From: an uncultured Chloroflexia bacterium | Lineage (GTDB): Bacteria; Chloroflexota; Chloroflexia; Thermomicrobiales; UBA6265 | Length of the DNA: 64,000 bases | NCBI GenBank assembly: GCA_963741795.1 | Contig: CAVUJM010000024.1 | Span: 1,657 to 65,656, forward strand | Direction: 5' to 3' | In this document: piece after piece, positions 54,689-64,000 of the stretch | Layout of the letters: the number at the start of each line of letters is the position of its first letter | Numbering within the stretch: the first letter of the stretch is position 1 | Program-made: the position numbers and the translations under genes | Notes under the pieces: model-generated | Told to the model about the DNA's origin: nothing | Seen by the model: only the letters and a program-made list of their open reading frames with translations | The model's database searches: none

Positions 54689-56110
54689 CTAGCGGATCTT
54701 CTCGGCCAGCATCGCGCCGACCTCGCTCATCGACACGCGCTCCTGCGACATCGAGTCGCGGTCGCGGATCGTCACCGCGCCATCTTCCAGCGAATCGAAA
54801 TCGACCGTGATGCAGAACGGCGTACCGATCTCGTCCTGCCGGCGATAGCGCTTGCCGATGTTTGCCGTCTCGTCGTAGTCGACCAACGCGCCGGTCTCGT
54901 CCTGGATCTTCTCGAACAGCTCCCAGGCGACCGACGTCAGCTCCGGCTTCTTCGCCAGCGGCAGGATCGCCGCCTTGTACGGCGCCAGCCGCGGGGCGAT
55001 GCGCAACACGGTGCGCTTGTCTGCCTTGCCGTTGACGTCGACCGTCTCCTCCTCGTCATAGGCGTCGAGCAGCACGGTCACCATCGTGCGGTCGACGCCG
55101 AAGGTCGGCTCGATCACGTACGGCAGATAGCGGTCGTTGGCGGCCTGGTCGAAGTAACGCAGGTCCTCGCCGCTGACCTCCTGATGGCTCCGCAGGTCGA
55201 AGTCGGTGCGGTTGGCGAGCCCGTAGAGCTCCTTCCAGCCCATCGTGCCGGGGAAGTTGTACTCGAAGTCGATCGTGCGGTCGGAGTAGTGCGAGAGCTC
55301 TTCGTGGCTGTGCTCGCGCGTGCGGACATGCTCCGGATCCAGCCCAATCAGCTCGACCCACGAGCGCATGTCGTCAAGCCAGCGCTCGAACGCCGCCGGC
55401 GCCTCGTCCGGCTTGACGAAGTACTCGATCTCCATCTGCTCGAACTCGAGCACGCGGAAGATGAAGTTGCCGGGCGTGATCTCGTTGCGGAAGGCCTTGC
55501 CGATCTGGCCGACGCCGAACGGCAGCTTCACGCGCTGGGTGTTCACGATGTTCTTGTACTGCACAAAGATGCCCTGCGCCGTCTCCGGACGCAGGTAGAC
55601 CGGCGTGGCCGATTCGCTGACCGGCCCAATCGTTGTGCTGAACATCATGTTGAACTGCCGGGCGTCCGTCAGCGTCCGGTTGCCGCAGTTCGGGCAGGCG
55701 AGGTTCGCCTCGTGCAGGATCGCCGACATCTCTTCCGGGGTCTTGCCCTCGGCATCGGTGATCCCGAGCTTCTCCTCCAGCAGGTGATCGGCGCGGAAGC
55801 GAGCCTTGCAGGTCTTGCAGTCGACCAGCGGGTCGTTGAAGTTCACGACGTGGCCGGACGCCTCCCAGACGCGCGGGTGCATCAGGATGCCGGCGTCGAG
55901 GCCGACCATGTCGCGCCGCTTGTGGACGAAGGTCTTCCACCACAGCTGCTTGATGTTGTTGCGCAGCTCCACGCCCAGCGGCCCGAAATCCCAGGTGTTG
56001 GCGAGGCCGCCGTAGATATCCGAGCCGGGGTAGACAAAGCCGCGGCGCTTGCTCAGCGCAACGATCTTGTCCATGGTGGCGGCGCGGGTGGGCGTGCTCT
56101 GTTCGCTCAT
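54689..56110 (-). CDS. glyQS: glycine--tRNA ligase (single-chain GlyQS type)
   Basis: [76 protein letters not shown], and [17 protein letters not shown]. Confidence 0.95.
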   Translation of the reverse strand: MSEQSTPTRAATMDKIVALSKRRGFVYPGSDIYGGLANTWDFGPLGVELRNNIKQLWWKTFVHKRRDMVGLDAGILMHPRVWEASGHVVNFNDPLVDCKTCKARFRADHLLEEKLGITDAEGKTPEEMSAILHEANLACPNCGNRTLTDARQFNMMFSTTIGPVSESATPVYLRPETAQGIFVQYKNIVNTQRVKLPFGVGQIGKAFRNEITPGNFIFRVLEFEQMEIEYFVKPDEAPAAFERWLDDMRSWVELIGLDPEHVRTREHSHEELSHYSDRTIDFEYNFPGTMGWKELYGLANRTDFDLRSHQEVSGEDLRYFDQAANDRYLPYVIEPTFGVDRTMVTVLLDAYDEEETVDVNGKADKRTVLRIAPRLAPYKAAILPLAKKPELTSVAWELFEKIQDETGALVDYDETANIGKRYRRQDEIGTPFCITVDFDSLEDGAVTIRDRDSMSQERVSMSEVGAMLAEKIR

Positions 56111-56137
56111 AGTCGTCGGATGTCCTTGTTACACGTT

Positions 56138-56165
56138 GATCGGCGGTATCGAAATACCGCCGATC
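56138..56165. other. 12-bp perfect hairpin between xerD and glyQS
   Basis: GATCGGCGGTAT-CGAA-ATACCGCCGATC. It could be the xerD terminator or lie in the glyQS 5' UTR. No T-tract follows on the minus strand. Confidence 0.4.
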
Positions 56166-56223
56166 GTCTCCCTATCGCTCCCACAACTATAGAGCGTCTG
56201 GATTGGTGGCGCGGGTGATGGGC

Positions 56224-57114
56224 CTATGAGGCGGCCAGGCCCTCCGCTTCGGCCAGCTCGACGTAGAGATTCGTCGTGGATGAGCTGACGTGCCCGAGGA
56301 TGCGCTGCACCTCGACGACGGTCGCGCCGTCCTGCAGGGCGTGAATGGCGAAGGTATGCCGCAGCGTGTGCGGCGTGATGCCATGGATGCCGATGTGCTC
56401 GGCGTACGACTTCAGGATGAGCCAGAAGCCCTGCCGCGTCAGGCGGCCACCGCGGTGATTGACGAAGAGCGACTCGGTGTCCTGGTCCGCCAGGTACGGG
56501 CGCGCGTTGTTCAGGTAGTCGCGCAGCGCCGACAGCGCGGGCCCGTCGACATCGACGTCACGCTCGCGGCCGGACTTACCCATGCAGTGGATGCTGCCCT
56601 GCTCCAGATCAACATCGCCCACGTTCAGGGCGACCATCTCGCCGACGCGCATGCCCGTCGCGTACAGGATCTCCAGCATGGCACGGTCGCGAATCGCCTC
56701 CGGGCGGTTCGGCTCGTCGCGCAGCGGCTCCTCGAGCAGCCGGTTGATATCCTCGCGGCTCATGATCGTCGGGGTGTACTTGGCGACCTTCGGCGAGGCG
56801 ACATCCGCCCCAACCGGCTCCTCCAGCACGCCGATGTTCAGCAGGTAGCCGAAGAACGACTTGCTCGCCGCGGTCTTGCGCGCGACTGTCGCCTGCGCAT
56901 ACTCGCGATCCTGCAAGTACGTGAGGAACGCCGCGAAGTGCTCGTCGTTCAGCTCGGACCACGACGAGATCGGCTCCAGCCCGGAGTCATCGCCGGACCT
57001 CTGAAGAAAGTCGGTCAGCTGCCTGAGATCGTTGCGATAGGCAGAGATAGTGTTCACGGAGAACTTGCGTTCATCCTGCAACGATTCCAGATAACGCGTG
57101 ACCTGCTGTTCCAT
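56224..57114 (-). CDS. xerD: site-specific tyrosine recombinase XerC/XerD family
   Basis: GAAGGAA lies 10 nt upstream of ATG 57114. N-terminal SAM-like domain (NTISAYRNDLRQLTDFL), then RDRAMLEILYATGMRVGEMVAL, HTLRHTFAIHAL and LGHVSSSTTNLY (catalytic R, HxxR, Y). The XerC versus XerD assignment is tentative. Confidence 0.8.
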   Translation of the reverse strand: MEQQVTRYLESLQDERKFSVNTISAYRNDLRQLTDFLQRSGDDSGLEPISSWSELNDEHFAAFLTYLQDREYAQATVARKTAASKSFFGYLLNIGVLEEPVGADVASPKVAKYTPTIMSREDINRLLEEPLRDEPNRPEAIRDRAMLEILYATGMRVGEMVALNVGDVDLEQGSIHCMGKSGRERDVDVDGPALSALRDYLNNARPYLADQDTESLFVNHRGGRLTRQGFWLILKSYAEHIGIHGITPHTLRHTFAIHALQDGATVVEVQRILGHVSSSTTNLYVELAEAEGLAAS

Positions 57115-57235
57115 AGCCGTAATTTCCTTCACAACGATCCCCAGTCTTGCCGCAATGGCGGCAGAACCCCCATGCGCATTATGACATGTCTTGTGGGATA
57201 ACGCTGTCACAAAAGTGCAACGCTTGCCACATTAT

Positions 57236-58366
57236 CTACGCAAGAGTCCTGCCGCCGACCGCGTCGTCCAGCGTCGCGAGCGGAAACCCGAAGGCCTCCG
57301 CCACCCCGCCGTAGACCACCTCGCCGTTGATCACGTTCGCGCCGAGGGCGAGCGCCTTATCGTCGCGCAAGGCCCGCTCCCAGCCTTTGTCAGCGATGGC
57401 GAGCGCGTATGGGGTCGTCACATTCGTGAGGGCCTGCGTGCCCGTGCGCGGCACGGCGCCGGGCATGTTCGTCACGCAGTAATGTACGACGTCGTTCACA
57501 ACGTAGGTCGGATTGCTGTGCGTGGTCGGCTTCGACGTCTCGAAGCAGCCGCCCTGGTCAATCGCGACATCGACCATCACGCTGCCGGGCTTCATGCCAT
57601 CGACCATGTCGGCGGTGACCAGCTTCGGTGCCCGCGCGCCGGGGATCAGCACGCTGCCAATAACGAGATCCGCCTTCTGGAGGGACACCGCGATGTTCTT
57701 GCGCGACGACGCCAGCGTATGGACGCGACCGTGCAGCACATCGTCGAGATAGCGCAGACGCTCGACGTTCAGCTCGATGATCGTCACGTTCGCGCCCATG
57801 CCGAGCGCCATCTTCGCGGCGTTGGTGCCGACCACTCCGCCGCCGATGATCACGACCTCTGCCTCGGACACGCCCGGCACGCCACCGAGGAGGATGCCCT
57901 TGCCGCCATTTGTCTGCTGCAGGTAGGTCGCGCCGACCTGGATCGACATGCGCCCCGCGACCTCGCTCATCGGGGTCAACAGCGGCAACTGCCGGTTCGG
58001 CAACTGCACGGTCTCGTACGCGATCGCCTGCACCTTGCGCTCGATCAATGCGCGGGTGAGCGGCTCGTCGGCGGCGAGGTGGAGGTAGGTGAACAGCACC
58101 TGCCCCTCGCGCATCCGCCCGTACTCCGCCTCGACCGGCTCCTTCACCTTCAGGATCATCTCCGCGTCGGCCCACACCGCATCGGCGGTTTGCACGATCA
58201 CGGCGCCCTCGGCGGCATACTCGCCGTCCGGGTAGCCGCTGCCGGCGCCCGCGTTCGTCTCAACGAGCACGGTATGACCGTGGGAGACCATCTCGTGCAC
58301 CGACGCGGGCGTCGCGGCGACGCGGTTCTCGTTGTTCTTGACTTCCTTGGGAACGCCGATGATCAT
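57236..58366 (-). CDS. ald: alanine dehydrogenase
   Basis: GGAGG lies upstream of ATG 58366. [48 protein letters not shown] and MPGAVPRT. Confidence 0.9.
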   Translation of the reverse strand: MIIGVPKEVKNNENRVAATPASVHEMVSHGHTVLVETNAGAGSGYPDGEYAAEGAVIVQTADAVWADAEMILKVKEPVEAEYGRMREGQVLFTYLHLAADEPLTRALIERKVQAIAYETVQLPNRQLPLLTPMSEVAGRMSIQVGATYLQQTNGGKGILLGGVPGVSEAEVVIIGGGVVGTNAAKMALGMGANVTIIELNVERLRYLDDVLHGRVHTLASSRKNIAVSLQKADLVIGSVLIPGARAPKLVTADMVDGMKPGSVMVDVAIDQGGCFETSKPTTHSNPTYVVNDVVHYCVTNMPGAVPRTGTQALTNVTTPYALAIADKGWERALRDDKALALGANVINGEVVYGGVAEAFGFPLATLDDAVGGRTLA

Positions 58367-58665
58367 CTGGAACCTCCGATTCCGGTACGGGCGCGGCAAG
58401 CGCCTTCTCTATCTTGCCGCCGCGCAACGCGCACTCGGGCCACGCAACATCCCCGTTGCTCGCCCTGCGGCCACTCCGTCCATGCGGTACCTATAGGGGA
58501 CATGCGGGCACGCGTCAACACTGATTTCGTGCGCAGAATACAAACCCTGTTGCCCGCGGCCATGGTATCCGATTCAACGCCGTCGCGCCCGGGAAACGCG
58601 CATGACCGTATCGACCTCCGTTCTCAAGGAGCACATGGAGCGTTCCCCGGTCAATGGGCCGGTTT

Positions 58666-58674
58666 TGGTATCAT
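58666..58674 (+). promoter_or_regulatory. candidate extended -10 promoter element upstream of rseP
   Basis: TGGTATCAT (TGn plus TATCAT) about 112 nt upstream of the rseP ATG, in the 420-nt ald/rseP divergent gap. Pattern match only. Confidence 0.25.
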
Positions 58675-58785
58675 TTGAAAAGCATTGGACCGCGTCGCAT
58701 CCTGCCGCGCATCACTCCCCCACCCCGTTCGACACCCCGCACCCGCCGGTTCCCGGCGCGTCACCCCTGCAAGGCACATCACTGC

Positions 58786-60384
58786 ATGAGTTATCTCGCG
58801 ATCATCCCGATCCTCGCCTTCCTGATCATCATCCATGAGCTCGGCCACTTCTTCGCCGCCCGCAGTGTCGGGGTCACGGTCGAGGAGTTCGGCATCGGCC
58901 TGCCGCCCCGCGCGAAGGGTTGGCGCTGGAAGGGCGTGCTCTGGTCGCTGAACTGGATCCCGTTCGGCGGCTTCGTCCGCGTCAAGGGTGAGGACGGCAA
59001 GGACACCTCTCCTGGCTCGATGAACGCTGTTGGACCATGGAAGCGCGCCTGGTTCCTGCTCGCCGGCCCGCTGATGAATCTCATCGCGGCTGTCGTGCTC
59101 TCGATCATGCTCGTCGCCATGCAAGGCGTCCCGACCCAGATCTCGCCCCTCTACATCGGCGATGTCGCGAGTGGCTCGCCAGCCGCCAGCGCCGGATGGC
59201 AACCGGGTGACCGCATCGTCGCGGTCGACGGCGAGACGGTCGTCGACGCCAACGACGTGGTCGCGGCGGTCAACCAGCACGCCGGCAGCGAAGTCAGCGT
59301 CACGATCCAGCGCGGCAACGATACGGTCGACACCACCGTGACGCCGCGGAAGGACCCGCCGGCTGGCCAGGGTGCCACCGGCATCATGTTCACCGACGGC
59401 CGCCTCAGCGAAGTCGCGGTCCGCTCGGTCGCGCCGGGCTCACCGGCAGCTGACGCCGGCATCCGGAACGGCGACGTTATCAAGGAGATCGACGGCACGC
59501 CGATCGAGGCCTTCGCGCAGGCTCAGGGCCTGATGAACGCGGCCCAGGGCGGTCAGGTCTCGATCACGCTCGAGCGCGACGGCGAGCCGGTCACCGCGAC
59601 GATGGACGTTCCCGCGCCGCGCATCCTGATTCGTAATGTCCAGTCCGGTTCGCTCGCCAGTGACGCCCGGCTCTACGCGAACGACGAGATCACCGCCGTG
59701 GACGGCGAGCCCATTGCCTCCGGCGCATCCTTTGTCGACACGCTCAAGGCGGCCAGCGGCGGCGAGGTCGAACTGACCTACGTGCGCGATACGGGCAGCG
59801 AGACCATCGAGGGCACGACGACCCTGCGCATCCCGGATCTGTCCCAGACGACGTCCGGCGACCCGCTCGTCGCGGTCGGCCTTGGCGCAGTCGCGCAGTC
59901 CGGTTTCGCCGGCACCGGCATCGACCCCATCGGGTCCATCCTCTATGAGGATGTGCCGGCGTCGCAGGTCGTCCAGGAGGGCTGGGGAGAGTTCACGATG
60001 ATCATCTCCGGCACGGTCGACTCGCTGCAGGCAACCTTCTCCGGCGACGTTGGGCTGGACCAGTTCACCGGCCCGATCGGCATGGGACAACTGACCGGCG
60101 AGTTGCTGGACTCCGCGCCAGGGAGCCAGTGGCCGATCATCATCCAGCTGACCGTCCTGATCTCGATCTCGCTCGGCATCTTCAACCTGCTGCCGATCCC
60201 GGCGCTGGACGGCGGACGGCTGCTGTTCGTGATCATCGAGATCCTGCGTGGCGGCAAGCGGATTGCTCCGGAGAAAGAAGGGGTCGTCCACCTGGTCGGC
60301 ATGATGCTGCTGCTCGCGCTGATGTTCTTCATCGCGTTCGGCGACGTGTCGCGCCTGCTGGACGGCCAGTCCATCCTGCCCTGA
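58786..60384 (+). CDS. rseP: RIP site-2 metalloprotease RseP (M50 family) with three PDZ-like segments
   Basis: HELGHFFAARSVGV (HExxH) in TM1, and the C-terminal NLLPIPALDGG motif. Three G-x-P-A-style PDZ segments lie between them (SGSPAASAGWQPGDRIVAVDG, PGSPAADAGIRNGDVIKEIDG, SGSLASDARLYANDEITAVDG). Confidence 0.85.
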   Translation: MSYLAIIPILAFLIIIHELGHFFAARSVGVTVEEFGIGLPPRAKGWRWKGVLWSLNWIPFGGFVRVKGEDGKDTSPGSMNAVGPWKRAWFLLAGPLMNLIAAVVLSIMLVAMQGVPTQISPLYIGDVASGSPAASAGWQPGDRIVAVDGETVVDANDVVAAVNQHAGSEVSVTIQRGNDTVDTTVTPRKDPPAGQGATGIMFTDGRLSEVAVRSVAPGSPAADAGIRNGDVIKEIDGTPIEAFAQAQGLMNAAQGGQVSITLERDGEPVTATMDVPAPRILIRNVQSGSLASDARLYANDEITAVDGEPIASGASFVDTLKAASGGEVELTYVRDTGSETIEGTTTLRIPDLSQTTSGDPLVAVGLGAVAQSGFAGTGIDPIGSILYEDVPASQVVQEGWGEFTMIISGTVDSLQATFSGDVGLDQFTGPIGMGQLTGELLDSAPGSQWPIIIQLTVLISISLGIFNLLPIPALDGGRLLFVIIEILRGGKRIAPEKEGVVHLVGMMLLLALMFFIAFGDVSRLLDGQSILP

Positions 60385-60484
60385 CGTCACGGCGGCTCAT
60401 GGACAAACGTCGTATGATGAAGAGAACGCAATTGCGGGTTTCGCACCACGCCCGCGCCCAGTCCTGACGGAGGCATCCCCATCC

Positions 60485-61666
60485 ATGTCGCTCATCGCTC
60501 CTCGCCGCAAGACCCGCGTCCTCCACGTTGGAGACGTCGGGATCGGCGGCAACAACCCTATCCGCGTCCAGTCGATGGCCACCGCTGACACCCGCGACCC
60601 GAAGGCCACCCTTGCCCAGATCCAGGAACTGGCCGACGTCGGTTGCGAGATCGTCCGCATCGCCGTTCCGGACCGCAAGGCCGCCGCGGCGCTGCCGGAC
60701 ATCGTCCCCTACTCGCCCGTTCCGCTCATCGCCGACATCCACTTCGAGCACACGCTTGCGCTGAAGGCGCTCGACGCCGGCATTCACGGCCTGCGCCTGA
60801 ACCCCGGCAACATCCGCAAGGAAGAGGACGTGCGCGAGGTCGTCGCCAAGGCGAAGGAGCGCGGCGTGCCGATCCGCATCGGCGTCAACTTCGGCTCCGT
60901 CGCCCCGATGACGAAGGAGTTCGTCGATGAGATGGCGGCCCAGAACGCCACGCAGGTCGAGCTGCGCGCCGAGTGGCTGGTCCGCTCCGCGCTCGGGCAC
61001 ATCAAGATCCTCGAGGACCTCGACTTCTACGACACCAAGGTCAGCCTGAAGGCGTTCGAGGTCCCGGTCCTGCTCGAGGCGTACCAGCGCTTCGCCGCGC
61101 TCCCGAACGACTACCCGCTCCACCTCGGCGTGACCGAGGCCGGCACCCCGCGCGCCGGCTCCGTGCGCTCGGCGGTCGGCATCGGCACCCTGCTCGCGAT
61201 GGGCATCGGCGACACGATCCGCGTCTCGCTGACGACCGATCCGAAGGAAGAAGTCTTCGTCGGCTACGAGATCCTGAAGTCGCTCGAGCTGCGGCAGAAG
61301 GGCGCGACGATGATCGCCTGCCCGACCTGCGGCCGCGTCGAGGTCGATCTCTTCAAGCTCGCCAACGACGTCGACAAGGTGCTCGAGACGATCACCGAGC
61401 CGATCCGCGTCGCCGTCATGGGCTGCGTCGTGAACGGCCCCGGCGAGGCGCGCGACGCCGACGTCGGCATCGCCTCCGGCAACGGCAAGGGCATCATCTT
61501 CCGCAAGGGCAAGATCGTGAAGAACGTGCTCGAGGAGGACATGCTCGAGGAGCTTACCAAGGAGATCCATGCCGTCATCGAAGACCGCAAGAACGGCATC
61601 TTCGATGAGCCGGACGATGCGGCCAGCGCCTACAAGCCGATGATCAACCTGCAGCCGGTCTCCTAG
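60485..61666 (+). CDS. ispG: 4-hydroxy-3-methylbut-2-en-1-yl diphosphate synthase (flavodoxin)
   Basis: VGDVGIGGNNPIRVQSMATADT, VRIAVPD, PLIADIHF, RLNPGN, IRIGVNFGS, LGVTEAG, and the Fe-S cysteines CPTCGR and GCVVNGPGE. Confidence 0.95.
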   Translation: MSLIAPRRKTRVLHVGDVGIGGNNPIRVQSMATADTRDPKATLAQIQELADVGCEIVRIAVPDRKAAAALPDIVPYSPVPLIADIHFEHTLALKALDAGIHGLRLNPGNIRKEEDVREVVAKAKERGVPIRIGVNFGSVAPMTKEFVDEMAAQNATQVELRAEWLVRSALGHIKILEDLDFYDTKVSLKAFEVPVLLEAYQRFAALPNDYPLHLGVTEAGTPRAGSVRSAVGIGTLLAMGIGDTIRVSLTTDPKEEVFVGYEILKSLELRQKGATMIACPTCGRVEVDLFKLANDVDKVLETITEPIRVAVMGCVVNGPGEARDADVGIASGNGKGIIFRKGKIVKNVLEEDMLEELTKEIHAVIEDRKNGIFDEPDDAASAYKPMINLQPVS

Positions 61667-61783
61667 TCCGGTCCCGGTGCGCCTGGCCACATGCGGTTGG
61701 CCGGCGCGCCGTTCCTGTGCGTTCTCCAGAAAGCGGTCACAGTTTGGGCAACGACGCCCCACGCCCGGAGGAGTTCCCCGTCC

Positions 61784-62864
61784 ATGTCTATCCGTTCCCT
61801 AAGCCGTCGCACCTTCGCCGGCGCCATCGCGGCGTCTGGCCTTGTCGCCAACGCCGGTCTCGGCGCGGCCCAAGGCTCTCCGGAGGCCTCGCCCGCCGCG
61901 ATCCAGACGGTCGAGATCCCGTCCTTCGAGGTCCCGGAGGGCGCCACGCCGGTCAAGCTCGGCTCGCTGCCGGTGATGATCTACGCCCCGATGTTCGTCG
62001 CCTATGAGAAGGGCTACTTCGCCGGAGCGCAACCTCGACGTCGAGATCAGCCCGATCAACAGCGGCACCGACCTGACTGTGCTCACCTCGACAAACGATC
62101 TTCAGGTCTCCATCTCCGGCGTCGGCGCGGCGTTCTGGAACGCGATCGACGCGGACCTGCCGCTGAAGATCATCGCCCCCGGCCATGAAGAAGGGAACCC
62201 GGTCACCACGCCGCTGATGACCTCCAAGAAGGCCTACGACGAGGGCACCATCACCTCTCCGGCCGACCTCGAGGGCAAGCGCGTCTCCGTGAACGCCCCG
62301 GGCGCGACCGAGTACTGGCTCGACGCCGCCCTGCGCACGGCGGACCTGACGATCAGCGACGTCGACCTGCAGTACCTCACCTTCCCGGACGCCGTTGCCG
62401 CGCTGGACTCCGGCGCGCTCGACGCCGCGATCATCGGCGAGCCGCTGGCGACCCAGGCCGTCCAGCAGGGCATCGCGGTCGTGATCTCCGACGACTTCCC
62501 GGTCCAGGGCATCCAGGTCACCGGCGTCTACGCGAACGCGAACTGGATCGACGAGAACCGCGACGCCGCCGTTGGCTTTGTCGCCGCCTACCTGCAGGCC
62601 TGCCGCGACCTGGTGAACGAGCCGAACGACCCGCTGAACCTGACGATCATCAACAAGTACACCGGCGTGCCGATCGAGCTGGTCGCCGCCTCGGTCCGCC
62701 CCGTCTACCAGACCGAGGGCTACATCAATGTCGACAGCCTCGTGACCCTGCAGGAGTTCTTCTCCGAGCGCGACCTGCTGGAGTTCGACGGCACAATCGA
62801 CCCCGAAACCGTCATCGAGCAGTCGATTATCGACGACGCCGTCGCCCTGCTCGACGGCGAATAG
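61784..62864 (+). pseudogene. ABC transporter substrate-binding protein (NMT1/THI5-like, NitT/TauT family) with a Tat-type signal; frame shift near 62024, probable assembly error
   Basis: GGAGGAG lies upstream. MSIRSLSRRTFAGAIAASGLVANAGLGAAQG...VMIYAPMFVAYEKGYFA is in ORF 61691-62188. The continuation ERNLDVEISPINSGTDL...RVSVNAPGATEYW... is in ORF 62004-62864. Confidence 0.8.
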
Positions 62865-62889
62865 CTGAATCCGGAGCCAGACGTTTCCT

Positions 62890-63717
62890 ATGGTCCAGGC
62901 GCCTGAACGCCCAGCCACGACGACAGCGGACGGGACCGGCGCGCGAGTCATCTCGCGCGGCGTGTCCCGTCGCTATGTGACCCGCACCGGCGAGGTCGAC
63001 GCCTGCGTCGACATGAACCTCGTCGTCGAGCCGGGGCAGTTCGTGGTCGTCGTCGGGCCGTCCGGATGCGGCAAATCGACCTTCCTGCGCATGGTCGCCG
63101 GGCTGGAGCAGCCGACGAGCGGCTCGATCGAGGTCGTCCTCCCGGACGGCTCGCCAGCGACCAACGCGATGGTCTTCCATGGCCGCACGCTCTTCCCGTG
63201 GCTCTCCGTGCGTGACAACGTCGCCTATGGGCTCCGTCTCTCGGGCATGTCCCGGCAGGAGCGAAAAGAGCGCGCGGACGAGCTGCTCGACCTCGTCGGG
63301 CTGACGCGTTTCGCCGGCTCCTGGCCGCATCAGGTTTCCGAGGGCATGCGCCAGCGCGTCTCGATCGCGCGGGCCCTGGCGATGGACCCGAACCTCCTGC
63401 TCATGGACGAGCCGTTCGGCGCGCTCGATGAGCAGACCCGGTTCATCCTGCAGGAGGAGCTCCTGCGCATCTGGGAGAAGAGCGGCAAGACGGTCATTTT
63501 CGTCACGCACTCGATCGACGAGGCGCTGATCCTCTCCGACAAGATCGTGATCATGAGCGCGCACCCCGGCACGGTGCGGGAGATCATCGACGTCCCGTTC
63601 CCGCGCCCGCGCAGCCTCACCGACGTGCGCTCCGACCCCCAGTTCGCCGAGCTCTTCGCGACGACATGGACGACCCTCCGCGACGAGGTCGATTCCGGCG
63701 GTGCATTTCGCGGATGA
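62890..63717 (+). CDS. ABC transporter ATP-binding protein (NitT/TauT family)
   Basis: Walker A GPSGCGKST, Q-loop FPW, signature VSEGMRQRVSIA, Walker B LLMDEPFGALD and H-loop VTHS. Confidence 0.9.
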   Translation: MVQAPERPATTTADGTGARVISRGVSRRYVTRTGEVDACVDMNLVVEPGQFVVVVGPSGCGKSTFLRMVAGLEQPTSGSIEVVLPDGSPATNAMVFHGRTLFPWLSVRDNVAYGLRLSGMSRQERKERADELLDLVGLTRFAGSWPHQVSEGMRQRVSIARALAMDPNLLLMDEPFGALDEQTRFILQEELLRIWEKSGKTVIFVTHSIDEALILSDKIVIMSAHPGTVREIIDVPFPRPRSLTDVRSDPQFAELFATTWTTLRDEVDSGGAFRG

Positions 63718-64000
63718 GGCGACGGCGGACCACGGAACTGCTGCTCACGGTCGCCGGCCCGGCTGGTCGTGCTCCTGATCTGGGAAGCGCTCTCGCGCGC
63801 CGGCGCGATCGACCCGCTCTTCTGGCCCGCGCCGTCCTCGTTGTGGGACACCACCGTCGAGCTCTTCACCGAGGATGACCTCCTCGGCGATATCGGGATC
63901 AGCCTCTACCGCATCCTGATGGGCTTCCTGCTCGGCACCATTCCCGGCGTCGTCGTTGGGCTCGCCATGGGCCTGTTCTGGCCGGTCCGCGTCTTCCTGA
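63714..64000 (+). pseudogene. ABC transporter permease (NitT/TauT family), 3'-truncated by the window edge; frame shift near 63765
   Basis: ATG 63714 overlaps the ATPase stop. MRRRRTTELLLTVAGP is followed, one frame over, by LVVLLIWEALSRAGAIDPLFWPAPSSLWDTTVELFTEDDLLGDIGISLYRILMGFLLG..., which is typical of these permeases. Confidence 0.75.

Noticed and set aside
56111-56223. A T-box riboswitch in front of glyQS, as in many Gram-positive glyQS genes.
   Set aside because: Only 113 nt separate glyQS from xerD. I found no T-box consensus (AGGGTGGTACCGCG-like) on the minus strand and no specifier-loop architecture, only a single 12-bp hairpin.
56224-57114. The tyrosine recombinase as the integrase of an integrated mobile element.
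   Set aside because: The sequence has the two-domain XerC/XerD layout. It is flanked by glyQS and ald with no tRNA, att-like direct repeats, phage or conjugation genes, and no compositional break.

Overview
High-GC bacterial chromosomal segment, densely packed with core housekeeping genes on both strands. I cannot place the lineage without a search; hemQ, a FemAB-like gene, single-chain glyQS and two sigma-70 paralogues suggest a Chloroflexota- or Actinomycetota-like organism. Functions present: DNA repair and recombination (ruvC, uvrC, mutY, rarA, xerD, holA); translation (rpsT, lepA, aspS, glyQS, rluB, tsaC, obg); cell envelope (murJ, murE, FemAB-like, DD-carboxypeptidase, GH20 hexosaminidase, rseP); lipid and isoprenoid synthesis (fabF, plsC, ispG); two sigma-70 paralogues; four ABC transporter loci. 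I found no rRNA, tRNA, CRISPR array, transposase, phage gene or recognisable defence system, so this looks like an ordinary core region, not an accessory island. Three things deserve a second look. (1) Many intergenic gaps carry a modular family of GC-rich hairpin repeats, often capped by GTAG, that resembles REP/BIME elements. One cluster sits between the binding-protein and permease genes of a sugar ABC operon. (2) A tightly coupled operon of three uncharacterised proteins lies upstream of FemAB-like, murE and a TolB-like gene. (3) About a dozen conserved genes, including essential rpsT, fabF and cmk, carry single-base frameshifts. That pattern points to assembly indel errors, not real pseudogenes. 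Many long ORFs in the supplied track are antisense or alternative-frame shadows of real genes, as expected at this GC content.
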